Assembly: GCF_000143415.4 (NCBI RefSeq)
Contig: NW_003314302.1
Coordinates: 1,405,208 to 1,469,207, forward strand
Source: Selaginella moellendorffii
Lineage: Eukaryota; Plantae; Lycopodiophyta
Direction: 5' to 3'
DNA: 64,000 nucleotides
Positions 37,443 to 50,644 of this stretch are shown in pieces (position 1 is the stretch's first letter; the number at the start of each line of letters is the position of its first letter). The notes under the pieces were generated by a model. It ran no database searches. It was not told the DNA's origin and saw only the letters and a list, made by a program, of their open reading frames with translations. The translations under genes were made by a program, and so were the position numbers.

Positions 37443-40400
37443 TGCAAATCGGGACTGTGGATCTTCATAATTCTTTGGTGGTTTTTTTGTTTCTCCACTT
37501 TGAGTTGGAGATCATCGCATCGTTTTCTTGAGGGACCCTCATCATGTGTCGTGTGTCAGGTATCAGCAAACTTTGTGACCAACGCGGAGATGTTTGTTCT
37601 TTCCCAACTCTAAACAGAATCTATAGCTTCTCATTAAAGAACATCTACTACCTTTTAATTTAATTTTAAGGCATGACCTAAACCTTATAATTATTCTAGT
37701 TCATCAATTAAATTCTTGGCGAACCAAGTGGCACAGAAACCATCCTCGCCCAACCCTCATGCTCGCAACAAACTCACTGCGACGAGGGCAGCTCTTCGCC
37801 AGATGCAAATCCAAGATCTTTGCGATGGATGGCGGTTCTGATGCTAGAGGGCTCTCGTTTTTCTGCTCCGGTTGGATCCAAGAGGACGAACCAGATGAAA
37901 GACATCCTTTGCGCACTTTCTTGTGAGATTTGAGATTGGACCGGGGACCTGTAGAGCTTGTCCAAGAGGAGATGCGGGTGGCCAGCCTGATCGTCGTCGT
38001 TTGAAGACGAAGATTTGAAGAAAAGGCATCGGCTCTGGTGGACTGGGTCGCAGCAATGGTGTTTGCGCGGCTCTATCTTCTCCAAAGACTGCGCACAGGA
38101 GCTCTTCGGTGTTTCCAATTTCGTCTGGCTGCTCGACCAAGATAGAGATCCGGCAGAAGGAGGTCTGGGGCGTTCATGATTGAGAACTCAAGGAAACCGT
38201 GGGTGGTCTCATAGGGACTGTTCGTAACAGGAGATGGGTGTCAAGACTCTCATCCTAGACGACTGCCACTCCCTCTCTGAATTGTTAACAGGGCAAGAAG
38301 GAGAGATTATCTAACTATCAGAGTCCCTGTGAGAACAAGAACTATATTAGTTTCAATATGAGCTTAATAGCTTCTTGTTCCTTCAGCTCAACGTAAACCC
38401 AAGGAATTGTGAATGGCTCTAAAAACCACAACTCCAAGCCTTTTTTTGTTTTCCTCTTTAATAAGACCAACATGACATCGTCTGGTGGTGGAGGTAGAAT
38501 TTGAGTAGAAGAATGGATAGATTGACCAATCACTATTGATATAAATTCACAAGAAAGAATGTGGGTCAGGGTTTAAGTAGAAAGAAATCTGGTGGAATTT
38601 CAGAATAATGTCCTTGCTCACCAGGGATGAAACCATCATGGGAGATTTAAATCCATAGTAGGCCCTAGGAATATACATCTGATGGACCTCAAAATGGTGG
38701 CATGCATTTCACAACATCATTGCTGTGATTGGAACTAGAGTTCTTTTGCTCTATGGTTCTATAGCAGCTAATGGCTGACTTAACTTGGTCACATATTTTT
38801 AATCACCATTTACCAAAGATCTCCTTATGTTTCCAGGGCTTCAGGGATTTTGATGCTATTTGTTATCGGCATCATAAGTCTCAACACAGTGTGAAATAAT
38901 CAGGCTCCACAAGCTCCATAGGAAATGCATGGACAGTGGAAACAATATCATAACAACACCAAAAAACTGAGTGTTTGAAGTGCCAAACATATTAAGGGTC
39001 TGATATAACCCCTATATATCCAGGCTAGACATGTGAAATATATTTTAATGTAATATATTTCCTAAAAGCCAAAAATATATAATATAATAAAAATTATATA
39101 GTTTAAATGTATCTGAATTTGCAACTATTGCATTTGTGTTTACCTTGCCATTCACATAACATCCATATTTGCTAAAGTTTTTTTTTTAATTTACATATAG
39201 CTTTATATTTTAAAATTGTCAAGGTCTAACAATTCTAGCTTCTTTTAAACATGCTTTATAAGTTGGGGTTTATATTGGTTTTGTACAATAATAATACCTC
39301 AATTTACAAAAATATCTCTTTATATTATTTTTAGTGCAACAAAGTAAAATCTTAAGATTTTCTTAAGTCTCTTCAGTGGTAACAACTTGTTAATTTATTT
39401 AATCCTTAACAAATATATGCTTGAAAAGAATGATCCATAGAAAAAATAAACTTATATATGAAATTTCAACTATTTTTTATTTATTTTATTACATAACTTT
39501 ATTTAATTTTTGTAATAGTTTAAGTTCATGAATTTACATCCAGCCCAATATAACTCAAACTTATGAATGATTAACCATAAATATCCCAAGACTCTTAACC
39601 AATTGAAAAATAAAGTGCACTTTTTTTCATAAAATTTTTTCTTTTTATATTTGAACCTTTATAGATTATCTCTTGACTCATTCTTTTTGGTTATTTACAA
39701 TGAGTTTTAATTGTTTTATTGTATCAATATAACCATTTATATAGAGCATACCATTACAAATAAACTTAATGCTCATTTATGTATAAATAACTTAGATGGG
39801 AAAGAGGGTTTTGTGATTGTTAATATCTCATCATCTTGCTTAAACAATAAGTATCATCCTTTCCTTTACTATTAATTTTATTTTAGTTTTAACTAAAGCT
39901 CCAAAAACCTCTTTATTGTAATTGTTAAGTGCAATAACATCATTGATTCAGTGATACATTCTTCCAAAATATTGAGCATGCAAAAATAAGTTTAATATCA
40001 AATAAAAAACTATATAATTATAGTTTTCATTGACAGTTTATTAAAGTTCAAATAAAAGAGCTTCTAAACAAGCGTGCACTTTTTTTTCAGTTAGTTAAAG
40101 GTATCAATTGAAATACATGAAATATCCTTTTGAAAAGTCAAATTTTAAAAGCTCTATATTTGGACCAAAGGGGTCCAAAAATGTTAGTGATCCACATGTT
40201 GAGAGATTGTTCATTATGAACAAGAGTGTGGGGCTCTTGAGAGATTTATGGCAATTAATTTTTGTTCATGAGGACTTATGAATTTGTTAGGAAATATAAT
40301 AGATTGTAAGCAACTAAAGGGTGGCCCATGAATAAAAGAGCACGTTTTTTTTCAATTAGTAGGAAATATAAAGCTTACAACATAGAACTATACTAATCTA

Positions 40401-41468
40401 AATAGCTTTCAGTGGTCAAGATGTATAACTGTGGTCTAGCAAATACCTAAAAAGGACCCTTTTCTATTGAGTAAAATATAGTGTATTAGACTACTACTTC
40501 CAGCTGGTTGAGTCCAGTTTTGGGCTTGCTCTCTGCTGGAAAACAACATTCCACCAATCAATTAATACCAGAAACCAAACGAGAAGCTAAGCTCTGCTGC
40601 CAGCCGCCCGTGGGATGCCCAGCATGCCAAGAGGAACAGCAACAGCTCCAGGAAGATCATTATGCTGTGGCAGAGCATGGCCAGCTCATACAGAAGACCC
40701 TTCTGTACTTGATTGATCGCTTATATGGTGCCTTGTTCTAGTTTAGAGTGGCTAAGTTTGCTCATAGAAGTGCTGTGACTAACACCTCCTGCTGGTCTTT
40801 AGAAGCCTCGGAGCTTCTTCTACGTCGGCTTTCTAGTCCGAGCAGGCCATCCATCAACTTCCATGGCATGGCAGTGAGAGTAGAGTATAGCCGAGTTTGT
40901 GGCGGACACCATTGAGAAGTCGGCAATGCTAGTGTTTTGGAAAAGATTTCCCATGGCCTACTGCAGGGTTTCCAAGCTCCTGCAATTCAGTCTGTTGCTC
41001 ACTAGCCACAACACATGAAGACGTCCAGCTAGACGTTCCGAATGTTACAGAGATGGTCAACAAAACTGCCGGAAGCGCATTGACGTGCATGGCCAACACG
41101 GTTTCGCACAACAACTGACATTGTCCGAATTTTGGCCTCTGAACAACGGCTGCACCGACTCTTTTAAGACTTCCAGGTTGCCCCATCAAGTTATTCAAGT
41201 AATCAAAATCTTAAATCTCAGCCAAATTGCCTTGTACTTTGCCAACATTGTTGTTCTGGAAATACCAATTTGAAGGTCTGGAAAGAATTCTTAGAAAACC
41301 CGCAAAAGAGGACGTATCTGAGTTACTTTTTATATTCGAGAAACCTGCAAGTAAAACCGCTCCTGACAAGTGGATTCTAAAACAGAACATATTCCTGTTA
41401 ACGATCCTTCCATTTGAAAATCCGTGCAATACCGTTACTATAGAAAGGATATCCTGCCCTTGATAAGT

Positions 41469-42972
41469 CTAGTCTGAATCCGAGTCCGAAACGGAAACGC
41501 GCCTGATTCTTCTCTTCCTCTCGCGTCTCCTCCTGCCACCAAAAGTTGCACATATCTCTTGTAGAAACTCCTCACACTCCTTAAGCTGCATCAAGTCTTC
41601 GTCCATGGCGCGACATGTTCTCCGATCTCTGCCGACGATGGCATTGCCGAACCCGACCAGTTTAGCACGCGGCTGGCCACCTTCTACGGTAACGACAATG
41701 TTCTTGAGGTCATGAAGCCCGTTGTAGACAACTCCGCGGTCATGAAGTGCCAAGAGCGCCTTCCGGGCCTGGGACACGACTGCTCGCACTTCTTCCGCAT
41801 TGCTCGGAGTCCAATCCTCGACTCCAGCAGCTTGGCCTTCATCGGACATTATTACGTAGAAGATCATTCCCCCGCGGATGAATCCATAAGACAGCAGCCT
41901 CGGGATGCATATGCCTTGAACCCTGTGGAGCCTCATGTACACGTCCAGTTCTCTCACGCTTTTACCAAGCAAGTAGCTCATGCTCTCGCCATTGCTCTGC
42001 AGAGCTGCAACCAAGGAAATGACATTACTAACGTGATAAAAGCGCACCTGAAAGATCTTTGGCTTTGACAACTATTGTCCTCCCTTTGTACAAACCACGG
42101 ACGACGATAGTGAGACCTTCAAAGCCACTGCACGCAAACCTCAATTCCCGAACATCACCAATGTCGAGCGCTCCAAGACCTGAAACCATCTGTCCCACCG
42201 ACCTGACTTGCTGTGCTCGACAGCATTCCTCAAAAACACCTCTTGCGTAGCTAAGGTGTAGGCTTCTAAGTGGAAGCGCAGGTTTGTGCTTCTTATTCTG
42301 CAGAGCCTCCGCAAGCATAAAACCGATTCCCATCATGGGAGATTCCACGTGAGAAACACCTTGGGACACAAGCAGACGACTGCCCACCCTTTTGCAACAA
42401 GCAGTCCGCATGTAGGATGACACCACCCCGAACGAGCAATCGGTGAGAAGGAGATAGGAATACAGCCTCGCAAGCGCGGGCCGGCCGGTTGGATCCATGG
42501 CCATCACCCCGACGACCAAAGTCTCGTCATTTGAAGAGTCTGTGATCACCATATCAGGAGAACCAACACAAGATCCTTCACCACTGCCATAATGAAAGTT
42601 CAATTCCAACGGATCCCGCTGCTGCTGCTGCCGCCAAACTTTGCTTTCGTAGATTCTCTTTGTAGCATGAAAGAGGTATGGTCTAAACTTGATATAGAGT
42701 GGACTTCGAACTTTTGGTGGGAAAGGTGCGTCCTGTAGAGATGCAAACCACTGGATCTTGTCGTTCCTGAACGATGGCCAGTCCTCAATCGCGAAATCAT
42801 CCAGCATGCATATCTCGTTCAACGGGGGTTGAGTGGAAACCTGCTGTAGATGATGTGCTACCACCTCCATCGGTGGCGTGGGATGGGCTTCAGAAATCAT
42901 ACCTTTTAAAGTCGTCGGAGAAACATACCGACCATCCAGCTTCTTGAGCGCCGCATTCGCAGCCTCCTCCAT
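41469..42972 (-). CDS. Crinkler-like REase-fold + protein-kinase-like protein (2 exons, about 486 aa), catalytic motifs degenerate
   Basis: ORFs 42028-42972 and 41469-42071 join in frame through a 43-nt GT-AG intron (42047-42005). Motifs GSPDMVI, FGVVSSYMRT..CKR, ELDVYMRLHRVQGICIPRL, LLALHDRGVV and KLVGFG. Confidence 0.65.
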
Positions 42973-43440
42973 GGCCTAGCCCTAACAATGAGTAGCAGCC
43001 CACATCTACTTTTAATTTTACCTTCCATAACCCAGAGTTAAATTATAGCAGTTGCAAGTCTCAGCCCCTTGGGATGCTTGAAGCGTTCCGTTGCGGATTT
43101 CTTCGGGCACAACACACTGCTTCTCGTCTCCTGCCTTTGATACATATAAGTCCGTCTCTCCTTTTGCTTTTCTTCTGTGCTTTTGCTTTTCTGTTTTTCC
43201 CGAGATAGAAGTTTGTAAGAACTGGTTTTGAACTTGTCGTCCTGCAAGAAAACAATCCTGGATTTGAACTTGTCTTCCTGCAAGAAAACAATCAGGAACA
43301 ACCGGCCCAGAATCTCTTTCGTGCAAAAGATGTGGCGAATTGACTTCCCTAAAATCAACAGCGTCTCCTGGAGCGCTGAAGGTTCATGTTTGATCAGTCC
43401 TCGCTTTGAGGTGCGCTTGCCAGAAGCTGACCATGCTAGT

Positions 43441-44554
43441 TGTATGCTCTAAATGAGAGTTTACGTGGCATATCCAGGTGTAGGATAGTCAGGACTGTTA
43501 ATTATGTATATATGCATTATGATAAATCAGAGTGTGAGAGACATTGTTTTGCTCTTCTTTCATGGTATCTGAGTGGCTTCAGATCCTGGGACGATGGCAC
43601 TGGCCAAGGAGGAGGCCTGTGAGGATGACAATGCACCACCGGATGTGGCTAAGATGCCAAGAGTTGGCACTCTTGCTGAGCATGAGGAGAGAGAGCCACT
43701 TGACAGAGTGTGCAAGGCTGCAAGCAGTGACGGGGCAGGAGCCAGGGTGGAGGTACGAGGCACAGCAGTGAGGAGGCACCGAGCACAGGTGCTGCTGCTG
43801 AGTGAGGCCCCGTGCACACGACACTGGCCTGAGGACTGGCAGCAGGAGACACTGAGCAGTGACTAGCCAGGAGCCAAGTGAGCAGGAGGCGCTGAGAGAG
43901 AGAGAGGCAGAGCTTGTGGAGGGCGCTTGGAGGTTCTAGGGCTGAGAGGGCGAGAGGCAGCGAGCAGCGTCAGGCCAGGAGCCAAGGGCTGCAGGCAGAG
44001 GGAGGCACTGAGGCGCATGCTAGAGCAGAGGCATGGACGTTCCTGAGTGAGAGCTCACAGGCACAAGAGGGTGCAGGTGCTGAGGCATTGCTGCTGGAGA
44101 GCCGTTGTGGGGTAGAGTTGCTGAGTGCTGGAGTATTCCCCGATGCTGCAAGGCAGAGGGAGAGAGCCGTTAGGGTTCTGGTCTTGAGGATGAGACGATG
44201 GTGGGACTGAGGTATTCCCTAATCCATCCTTGCTATGCTTTGGAAAGGTGTTTCCTGATAGGGAGATAGATCTAGTAGCCATGGGATGATCAAGGAGGCG
44301 GGTTCTAGAGAGGCAGAGCTAGAAGGATTGAGAGGGAGATAGATTTCTTGTCATGGACATGAGAGTGCTTGGATGCAGAGGGAGAGTGATATCAATTTCA
44401 TGTCATTGAGATCGAGAGGGAGTGTTGGAGATATACACTCTCCATATGAGTTGCCACATCACTGATCTAGGTGTAGGATAGTCACGATGTATATATGCAT
44501 ATTAGAGTGAGAGAGTCATCCACCATTGTTTTGCTTCTACTCTTCTTTTTTTCA
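43441..44554 (+). mobile_element. TRIM-like miniature LTR element
   Basis: About 120-130 bp LTRs (43441-43562, degenerate; 44423-44554, TGTTGG...TTCA). PBS TGGTATCTGAG at 43563; PPT GAGAGGGAG before 44423. Non-coding interior. Confidence 0.75.
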
Positions 44555-44560
44555 ATACCA

Positions 44561-45174
44561 TGAAAGAAGAAGAACAAAAGCAAAAAAATATATATACATT
44601 AGTAACAGTTGTGATTATCCTACAGGATCAGTGATCATGCCATATAGACTCTTAGAGTGTATATCTCCAACATACCAAAAATAATGGTGGATGACTCTCT
44701 CTCTCAATGCTTCCTCAGCACTCAAGGCCAATGTCATGTGTAGAGGGCCTTGCTCAACAGCAGCACCTGTGCTTAGTGCCTCCTCACTGCTGTGCCTCAT
44801 ACCAGCTGGGCCTTGGCTCCTGCCCCATCACTGCTTGTAGCCTCATGCTCTATCAGCCCTAGTGGCTCTCTCTCCTCACTCTCAGCACAATCCCACTAGG
44901 AGTGCTAAATCTTGGCACCACCTAGCCATGTCTAATGGCTCATCATCATCCTCACTAGCCTCCTCCTTGGCCAGCACCATCATCCTAGGGTCTGAAGCCC
45001 TACCATGAAAGAAGAAGAGCGGAAACAAAACAATAGTGGATGCCTGTCTCACTCTAATATATCATAATGCATATATACATGATCAACAATCTTGACTATC
45101 CTACACCTAGCTTAGTGATGTGGCAACTCATGCTACATAGACTCTCATGTCATGGAGAGCATATATCTCCAACA
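44561..45174 (-). mobile_element. Inverted TRIM copy plus solo LTR
   Basis: Minus-strand LTR 45174-45006 followed by TGGTA. Interior is homologous to 43575-43900. Solo LTR 44561-44672 is flanked by TACCA on both sides. Confidence 0.75.
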
Positions 45175-45299
45175 GTATACAGACCCAATGTGGCCCATGG
45201 TGCCAACCACAACTCCCAGCTTGAAGAAACCAACATTGCAAAGCCACATATATCTTCAGATATGTCTGTTTCTTCATGCATGGCAACCACAGCACTAGT

Positions 45300-45520
45300 A
45301 TCTCTGCCACTCTCTAGTGAGTGGATTGCTGACTAGGAAATGGTACTCAAGCACCTGTACAAAACTTTGGCCCAAGCATGTGCAAAGTATGCATATAAGG
45401 CCACCAGCAGAGACCACAACTTCAGTGAACCAAAGGGCTTCATTGGCTGGGGGGTAGCTTTATCTCCTGCCTGGGACCACACTCCAAAGGTGTAGCAACA
45501 CTTGTGATTGAGGGAGTTTG
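45300..45520 (+). mobile_element. Possible LINE endonuclease remnant
   Basis: GGSFISCLGPHSKGVATLV resembles the SxGV motif of APE-type LINE endonucleases; short and decayed. Confidence 0.35.
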
Positions 45521-45710
45521 TCATTATCCACCTATAGAATACTTCATCAAAGTACTATATGTATAGACACCTTCCCCATGTTGTGAGACCTTAAGTAAAT
45601 GCCTTTCCTAAAGAAAACCCAAGAAGAACTCTTGGTTTCTCAATAGGAAGCAAATTCTCCTTCTCATGAGGGACTGATATTCTTTTCAATAGAGGATATA
45701 TTGTGGGAGG

Positions 45711-45944
45711 GTGAAGCATGTCCACTTGGCTATGGTGGATAGTGTGGACAAAGGTGTTGTGGAGAGGATCTTAATCTTTGTGGACCTGGCCACATTGTCG
45801 AGTTACTTTGGCATTTGCAAGTCATGGAACTCCATTATCAACTCTCACACCTTTTGCCACCTATGGTGCCCCAACACTGGTGTCATAGAGGTCCCTTGGA
45901 TCATGATGAAAGTTCTAGTGTGTTATTGTTCCATTTGTACCTAG
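45711..45944 (+). pseudogene. F-box gene remnant
   Basis: VVERILIFVDLATLSSYFGICKSWNSII fits an F-box; nothing intact downstream. Confidence 0.5.
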
Positions 45945-46199
45945 TTTAAGTGCTCAATAAACTTTGCTCAAACCACTAGAAGAATGTTTGTCAAATATTG
46001 ATCCCATAACTTAGCATCAGCAACTTGTAATAATTATGAAAGTAAACTCAATTTTGTTTGCAATATCAAATTATGACTATGACATATATATATATTAGAG
46101 AGATGGCAAATAATCATTTTAATCTGAATGTTAAAAGTTCACATAAATATATACACACAAACTACTAACAACTTGTCAATATGAAACACTAGTTATTTT

Positions 46200-46522
46200 A
46201 GCACAGACCTCTTGGCTAAGGATATAGGCTGAGGTCAGCATGTTAGTGTTGGCTTTGTGTTTTGCATCTGAAAACAATTCAAAAGATTAAAAACATAATG
46301 AATTTGGGACAACTCCATAACACTATTGTGATGACTAATCTTGATATCTAGGCCATACTTGATTGGTCCAAAATGGAGTATATTAAACCTTGAAGACAAC
46401 TGCTCCTTCACAAAAGTTGAAGTGTGTGTGTTCTCAGTGATGATGAGTGTGTCATTGATATGAGCACTATCCATTAGTTTCACCAAGAATGATGCAGATC
46501 TAGAGTCCATCTTCACTGTCAA
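46200..46522 (-). mobile_element. Ty1/copia reverse transcriptase fragment
   Basis: HINDTLII (YVDD-like)..VKEQLSSRF..GPIKYGLDIKI..LSQIHYV..LLNCFQM. Confidence 0.7.
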
Positions 46523-47870
46523 TATATAGTACTTCTAGTTGCCGGTTTCTTGCAGGGATTGTTGCATGAGGAACACTGAGTCTTTCATATGTCGAGCTAA
46601 TGCCACCATTTCATCTGTTAAATCGTCCTAGAGTCGCCTGAGCAAGAGAAAGACATGAAAGTATGCTTTTCAATGAATTCGTGAGTAGCGCTGTCGAGTT
46701 TCACTTCTTCTTTTGAAGTACCAGGCTCGGGATTCGTGATGCTGGATGCTGCTTGGTAGAAAGAAAAACAAGAATAGACGTGATAACCAGAGAAAAATTT
46801 ACTGTCTCTTTTGAAGATTGCACTCTGGAATTGGAGTTTCGGCAGGAGCCGCCGAGAATTCATCCTCGAAATCATGGAAGGTTTGAACGCATATCTGCGT
46901 GGTCTTTTCATGGTTTGAAAGAGAAAAAACAAAAAGGAAAAACGTTTCTTGCAGCTAGCTTACCATCTGTGTGATGTTGATCTTCTCGGCAGACGCTTCA
47001 ATCTGTCCCCCATACTCTCGGGTGAAATGCTGCCATGGATGGAAGAAAACTTGAATGCTTTTTGGAGAACTAAGATCCACCTGGGAAGATTTTGACGAGC
47101 GTTATCTCCCGTGAGAACAATGAAGAGCTCTCTAGTGTTCTCTCCCGTAACAGTGAGGAACTCCAATTTTTGCAAAAGCTATGGTTTCTTGGTATTCTTT
47201 TTCTTTGTTTTGTTTTTATTTGAACTTTTACCTGCGTGACTCACCACTACCAAACCCTAGAAATATATCTCGTCACAGCTCGAATGACTGCCGGACCGAG
47301 GAGTCCACCAAATGTAGCTTCTTTCCAGGACTTCCAGGAGCGCTGTGATCTTCTTGAAAAATCATAGCAAGCATGTCCGAAGAGGAGGCAAATGGAAAAT
47401 GAAAGTTTGCTATTGTAGCTATTGTTTATATGGCATCAATAACTTTGCGTGAGAGGATGGACGAATAACAGCAAACCTTCTTGCAGGAAGTACGCACGCA
47501 CGCACAGGTGTCGAATGGCCCCTTCGTACTAACGTATCTGTGGCACAGCTTCCCTCGATTGTTTGGCAGTTTTATTCCGTGCAACCTCTTATCATTTTGG
47601 CATACTTGAGAAAGAGGTAACGAGACGAAAACTTCAGATATTTTCGAGCTCACTTAGGCCTTTCTTATACAGAGGTCGTGTCGATTTGTGTGGATGTGTC
47701 CATGGAAAAGAAAAAAATCTTGGCTGAACTCTCAAAGAAAGCTCATTTGAGAGCCTTAGAAAACAGAGCAAGCAGCAAGTACTAACGAGTGTTGCCTTTG
47801 AAAAAGAGAACTCTAGTGGCGCCGTTTTATTGTAAGAGCTTCTTTGCTCTTCACTCTTATAGCTCTTCAC

Positions 47871-49467
47871 TCAGACAAGTGGTGCAGCCATTTCGCTGGA
47901 CAGCTTGAGAACCTCAGTGAGATCCACGGGATGGAGCGAGTCTGCCTGGAACTCGAACTGTTGAACCAATCGAGCCGTCCAGAGGAGAACAGTCGCAAGG
48001 CCGAGAGCTCGTCCGGGACACACCCGACGACCAGCTCCGAATGGAGCGAGACGTAAGTCGCTTCCTTTGACATCGATGTCCTGCTCAAGAAATCTCTCCG
48101 GGTTGAATTTCTCAGGCTCGGACCAGATGGAAGGATCGTGAGTGATGGACCACATGTTTACCATGGCCGTGGTGCCTACAGGGACGTGGTGACCGGCCAA
48201 GGTTACGTCGTGAATCGCAAGCGGAGCCCAAGAGAGCAAGGGACCCGGAGGATGCATCCGAAGAGTCTCCTTTACAACGGCTTGGAGGTACACCATCAGA
48301 CTCGGCAACTTCGGATTTTCCTCCAACTACGCTAGCGATCTCCTCACGCAACTTCTCTGGATTTCAGGATGGAGGACGAGCTCCGCGAGAATCCACTCGG
48401 TGAGAGCGAAACGGTGTCAGTGCCTTCCTGTGAAGACAGCATGGAAAACAACGTAAGTCATTAGATAGGCTAGAAGCAGTCGTAAAAACATCTTCGTTTT
48501 TTACCCAGAGAACTGCGATCATGTCGGCGTCGTCGAGCTTGTCCTCGCCATCCAGCGAGAGCAGCACATCCACAAAGTCGGGCTGTGCAGCTTTACTATC
48601 CTGTTGCCGATGATCATCAATAATCTTCTGGACAAAGCTTGTCACCCGAGGAACCAGCACGGCACAGCGTTGGAGGATGTTCTGGGGATCGACTGCCTTT
48701 AGAGCTGGCAAGTGATCGGCCCAGTTGAACGCACCCAGCAGCTCGAAGCCTTCCCTCACCATCTCCGTAAGCTTAGCAGCGTCCTCGGATCCATCCTCGA
48801 ATCTTCTCCCAAACACCGTCTGCATGATATTGTTGAGCGAAGCCCGCTGGAGGAAGTCCCGAACTCGGACGAGGCCATGGTCTGCTGCAAAGGTACTTAT
48901 TGCTTTAATCATCCTGCTCGTCTCCGCCTGACGAGATGGCTCGTGAGCAGCAATCTGGCCTGGAGAAAAGAGATAGTTGGAGGCAATCCTTCGTAAGTTA
49001 CGCCAGTACTCTCCATAGGGAGTGAAGCCGATTGCTCGTCCAAACAGGAGCTGCTGAGCCGACTGTTAGGGGCCTTTCCGCAACTCGGAGCTGTTGAGCA
49101 GCTCTCGTGCCACTTCCGGCTTGCTGGTGATGATCATCCTCGTGTTACCCAGGCTGAAGGCCATGAGCTCCTTTGCATGGTACTTCTCAGCAAGCTTGGC
49201 CAACTTTCGGTGGGCTTGGCTTCCCATCTCCGTCAGGACTCCAAGCACTGGCCATCCTCGGGGTCCTGCGATCGTCTGCTTCTTCCTCAGCGTTCTCCCC
49301 CATGCATGGCCACCGGGAACAAGCCAAGCTGCCAGGATCACCGAGATAGCTGCTAGAACGAGCACGGCCACAGCAGCAGCGATGAATCTCCATGCATCCG
49401 CGGAGAAATGGCGCGAGAAAAAAGGCAGAGTGAGAATCCACCAGTCGACCCCAGAGGACGAGTCCAT
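47871..49467 (-). pseudogene. CYP78A: CYP78A paralog with frameshifts
   Basis: Colinear with 28250-29874, same intron and shared upstream sequence. Frameshift/stop at ELRKGP* (about 49066-49085) and further indels at the start of exon 2. Confidence 0.85.
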
Positions 49468-49633
49468 GATCGAGAAGCGAGACAAGCGCGAGACTTTGGA
49501 CCAAGAGAAAGAGCTCGAGAGAGGCAGTGCTCTTGGTTGCGGTGGTGGCTTCGCTTTTTATACTGGCAACAGCAAGATTATCCATAGCTGCATGTCTGGA
49601 GAAACTATTGGCCGAGAAGGAGAACGCTCGAGA

Positions 49634-50190
49634 TGGTAAGTCTCCAAGGTTAAGTAGCTTCTAGTTTCCCTCGGTTTTTTTACTGTTGTTGTAAAAGATG
49701 TGTTTTCTTTTTTGCAAATTCTAGGCATTATCGGACTAGTGACTCGAGTGAAACCATCGCTTCGACTCGTGAATACTCGCTTATGGTGCTTTTAATCTCC
49801 AAGGTTCTGATTGCTTACTCGGATTTTATAGTTCTAAAAACAGTTCTTCTGTTTCAAGCATTATCACATGAATCACACTGGGAAATGGCTTCCACTCGTG
49901 AAGTTAGTGAATGTGATTAAATGGTGCTTTTAATCTCCAGGGTAAGTAGCTTCTATACTCGTTCTAAAAATGTGTGTAATTATCGCATGAATCACACCAG
50001 TGACTCGAGTGAGACCATACTCGTGAATTTGGGCCTTTAATCTCCAAGGTAAGTAGCATACTACACTCGTTCTAAAAGTTCTAAAACATGTGCGTGTGTT
50101 TTTTTAGTGACTCGAATCTTCTACTCGAACGTGATTAAATGGTGCTTTTAAAGTAAGTAGCTTCTCGGATTTTTTACTGCACTCGTTCTG
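49634..50190. repeat. Degenerate tandem array upstream of the CYP78A pseudogene
   Basis: About 5 copies of (TGGTGCTTTTAAT)CTCCAAGGTAAGTAGCTTCTA and 3 of GTGACTCGA, at about 110-160 bp spacing. Confidence 0.65.
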
Positions 50191-50644
50191 TTTTTATTTT
50201 CTTTTTTTTGTAGATTAGTGACTGTGATTTGCTCTTAATGAGGTTGGAAGATTTTTAAACTAGTAACGTCGCGCGTTTTTGAATTTTAGGGCAATAGTAT
50301 CTTGGTTCGATTCCCGTTCGACAGGCGCATCGCACGGCCCTGGCAGCGCCACGTGGCCAATCTCTTTCCATACAGATATGTATATAAAGGCCACGATAGC
50401 CATGGCCAGAGTTTAGGGTAATTGTTTTGGCGATGGCGAGGGCGCAAAGGTAGGATCTCTTCCGGTCTTGCGAATCTCTTTTCCCGATCGATCGCGCAGA
50501 AATATGTGCCCTCCATGCGAAGCGTCCGGGGACTGTGGCGGCGGCGCCAGCGGCGGTGCTGGATTGAAGCGGAATCTAGAGCGCCGCGGGGCAGCGCCAG
50601 AGGAATTGGTTCCAGCCGGTTCTCTTCCAAGTCGGTTTGCGAGG

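Noticed and set aside
37704-38180. Possible F-box-like pseudogene
   Set aside because: Only a weak PDEI..LLCAVF resemblance, with broken frames.
38200-41460. AT-rich stretch and short ORFs as a DNA transposon or gene
   Set aside because: No recognisable termini or protein motifs.
43228-43295. 33-bp tandem duplication upstream of the Crinkler-like gene
   Set aside because: Only two copies with no evidence of function.
46560-47420. Exon-like minus-strand segments
   Set aside because: Could not assemble a confident gene model or assign a family.
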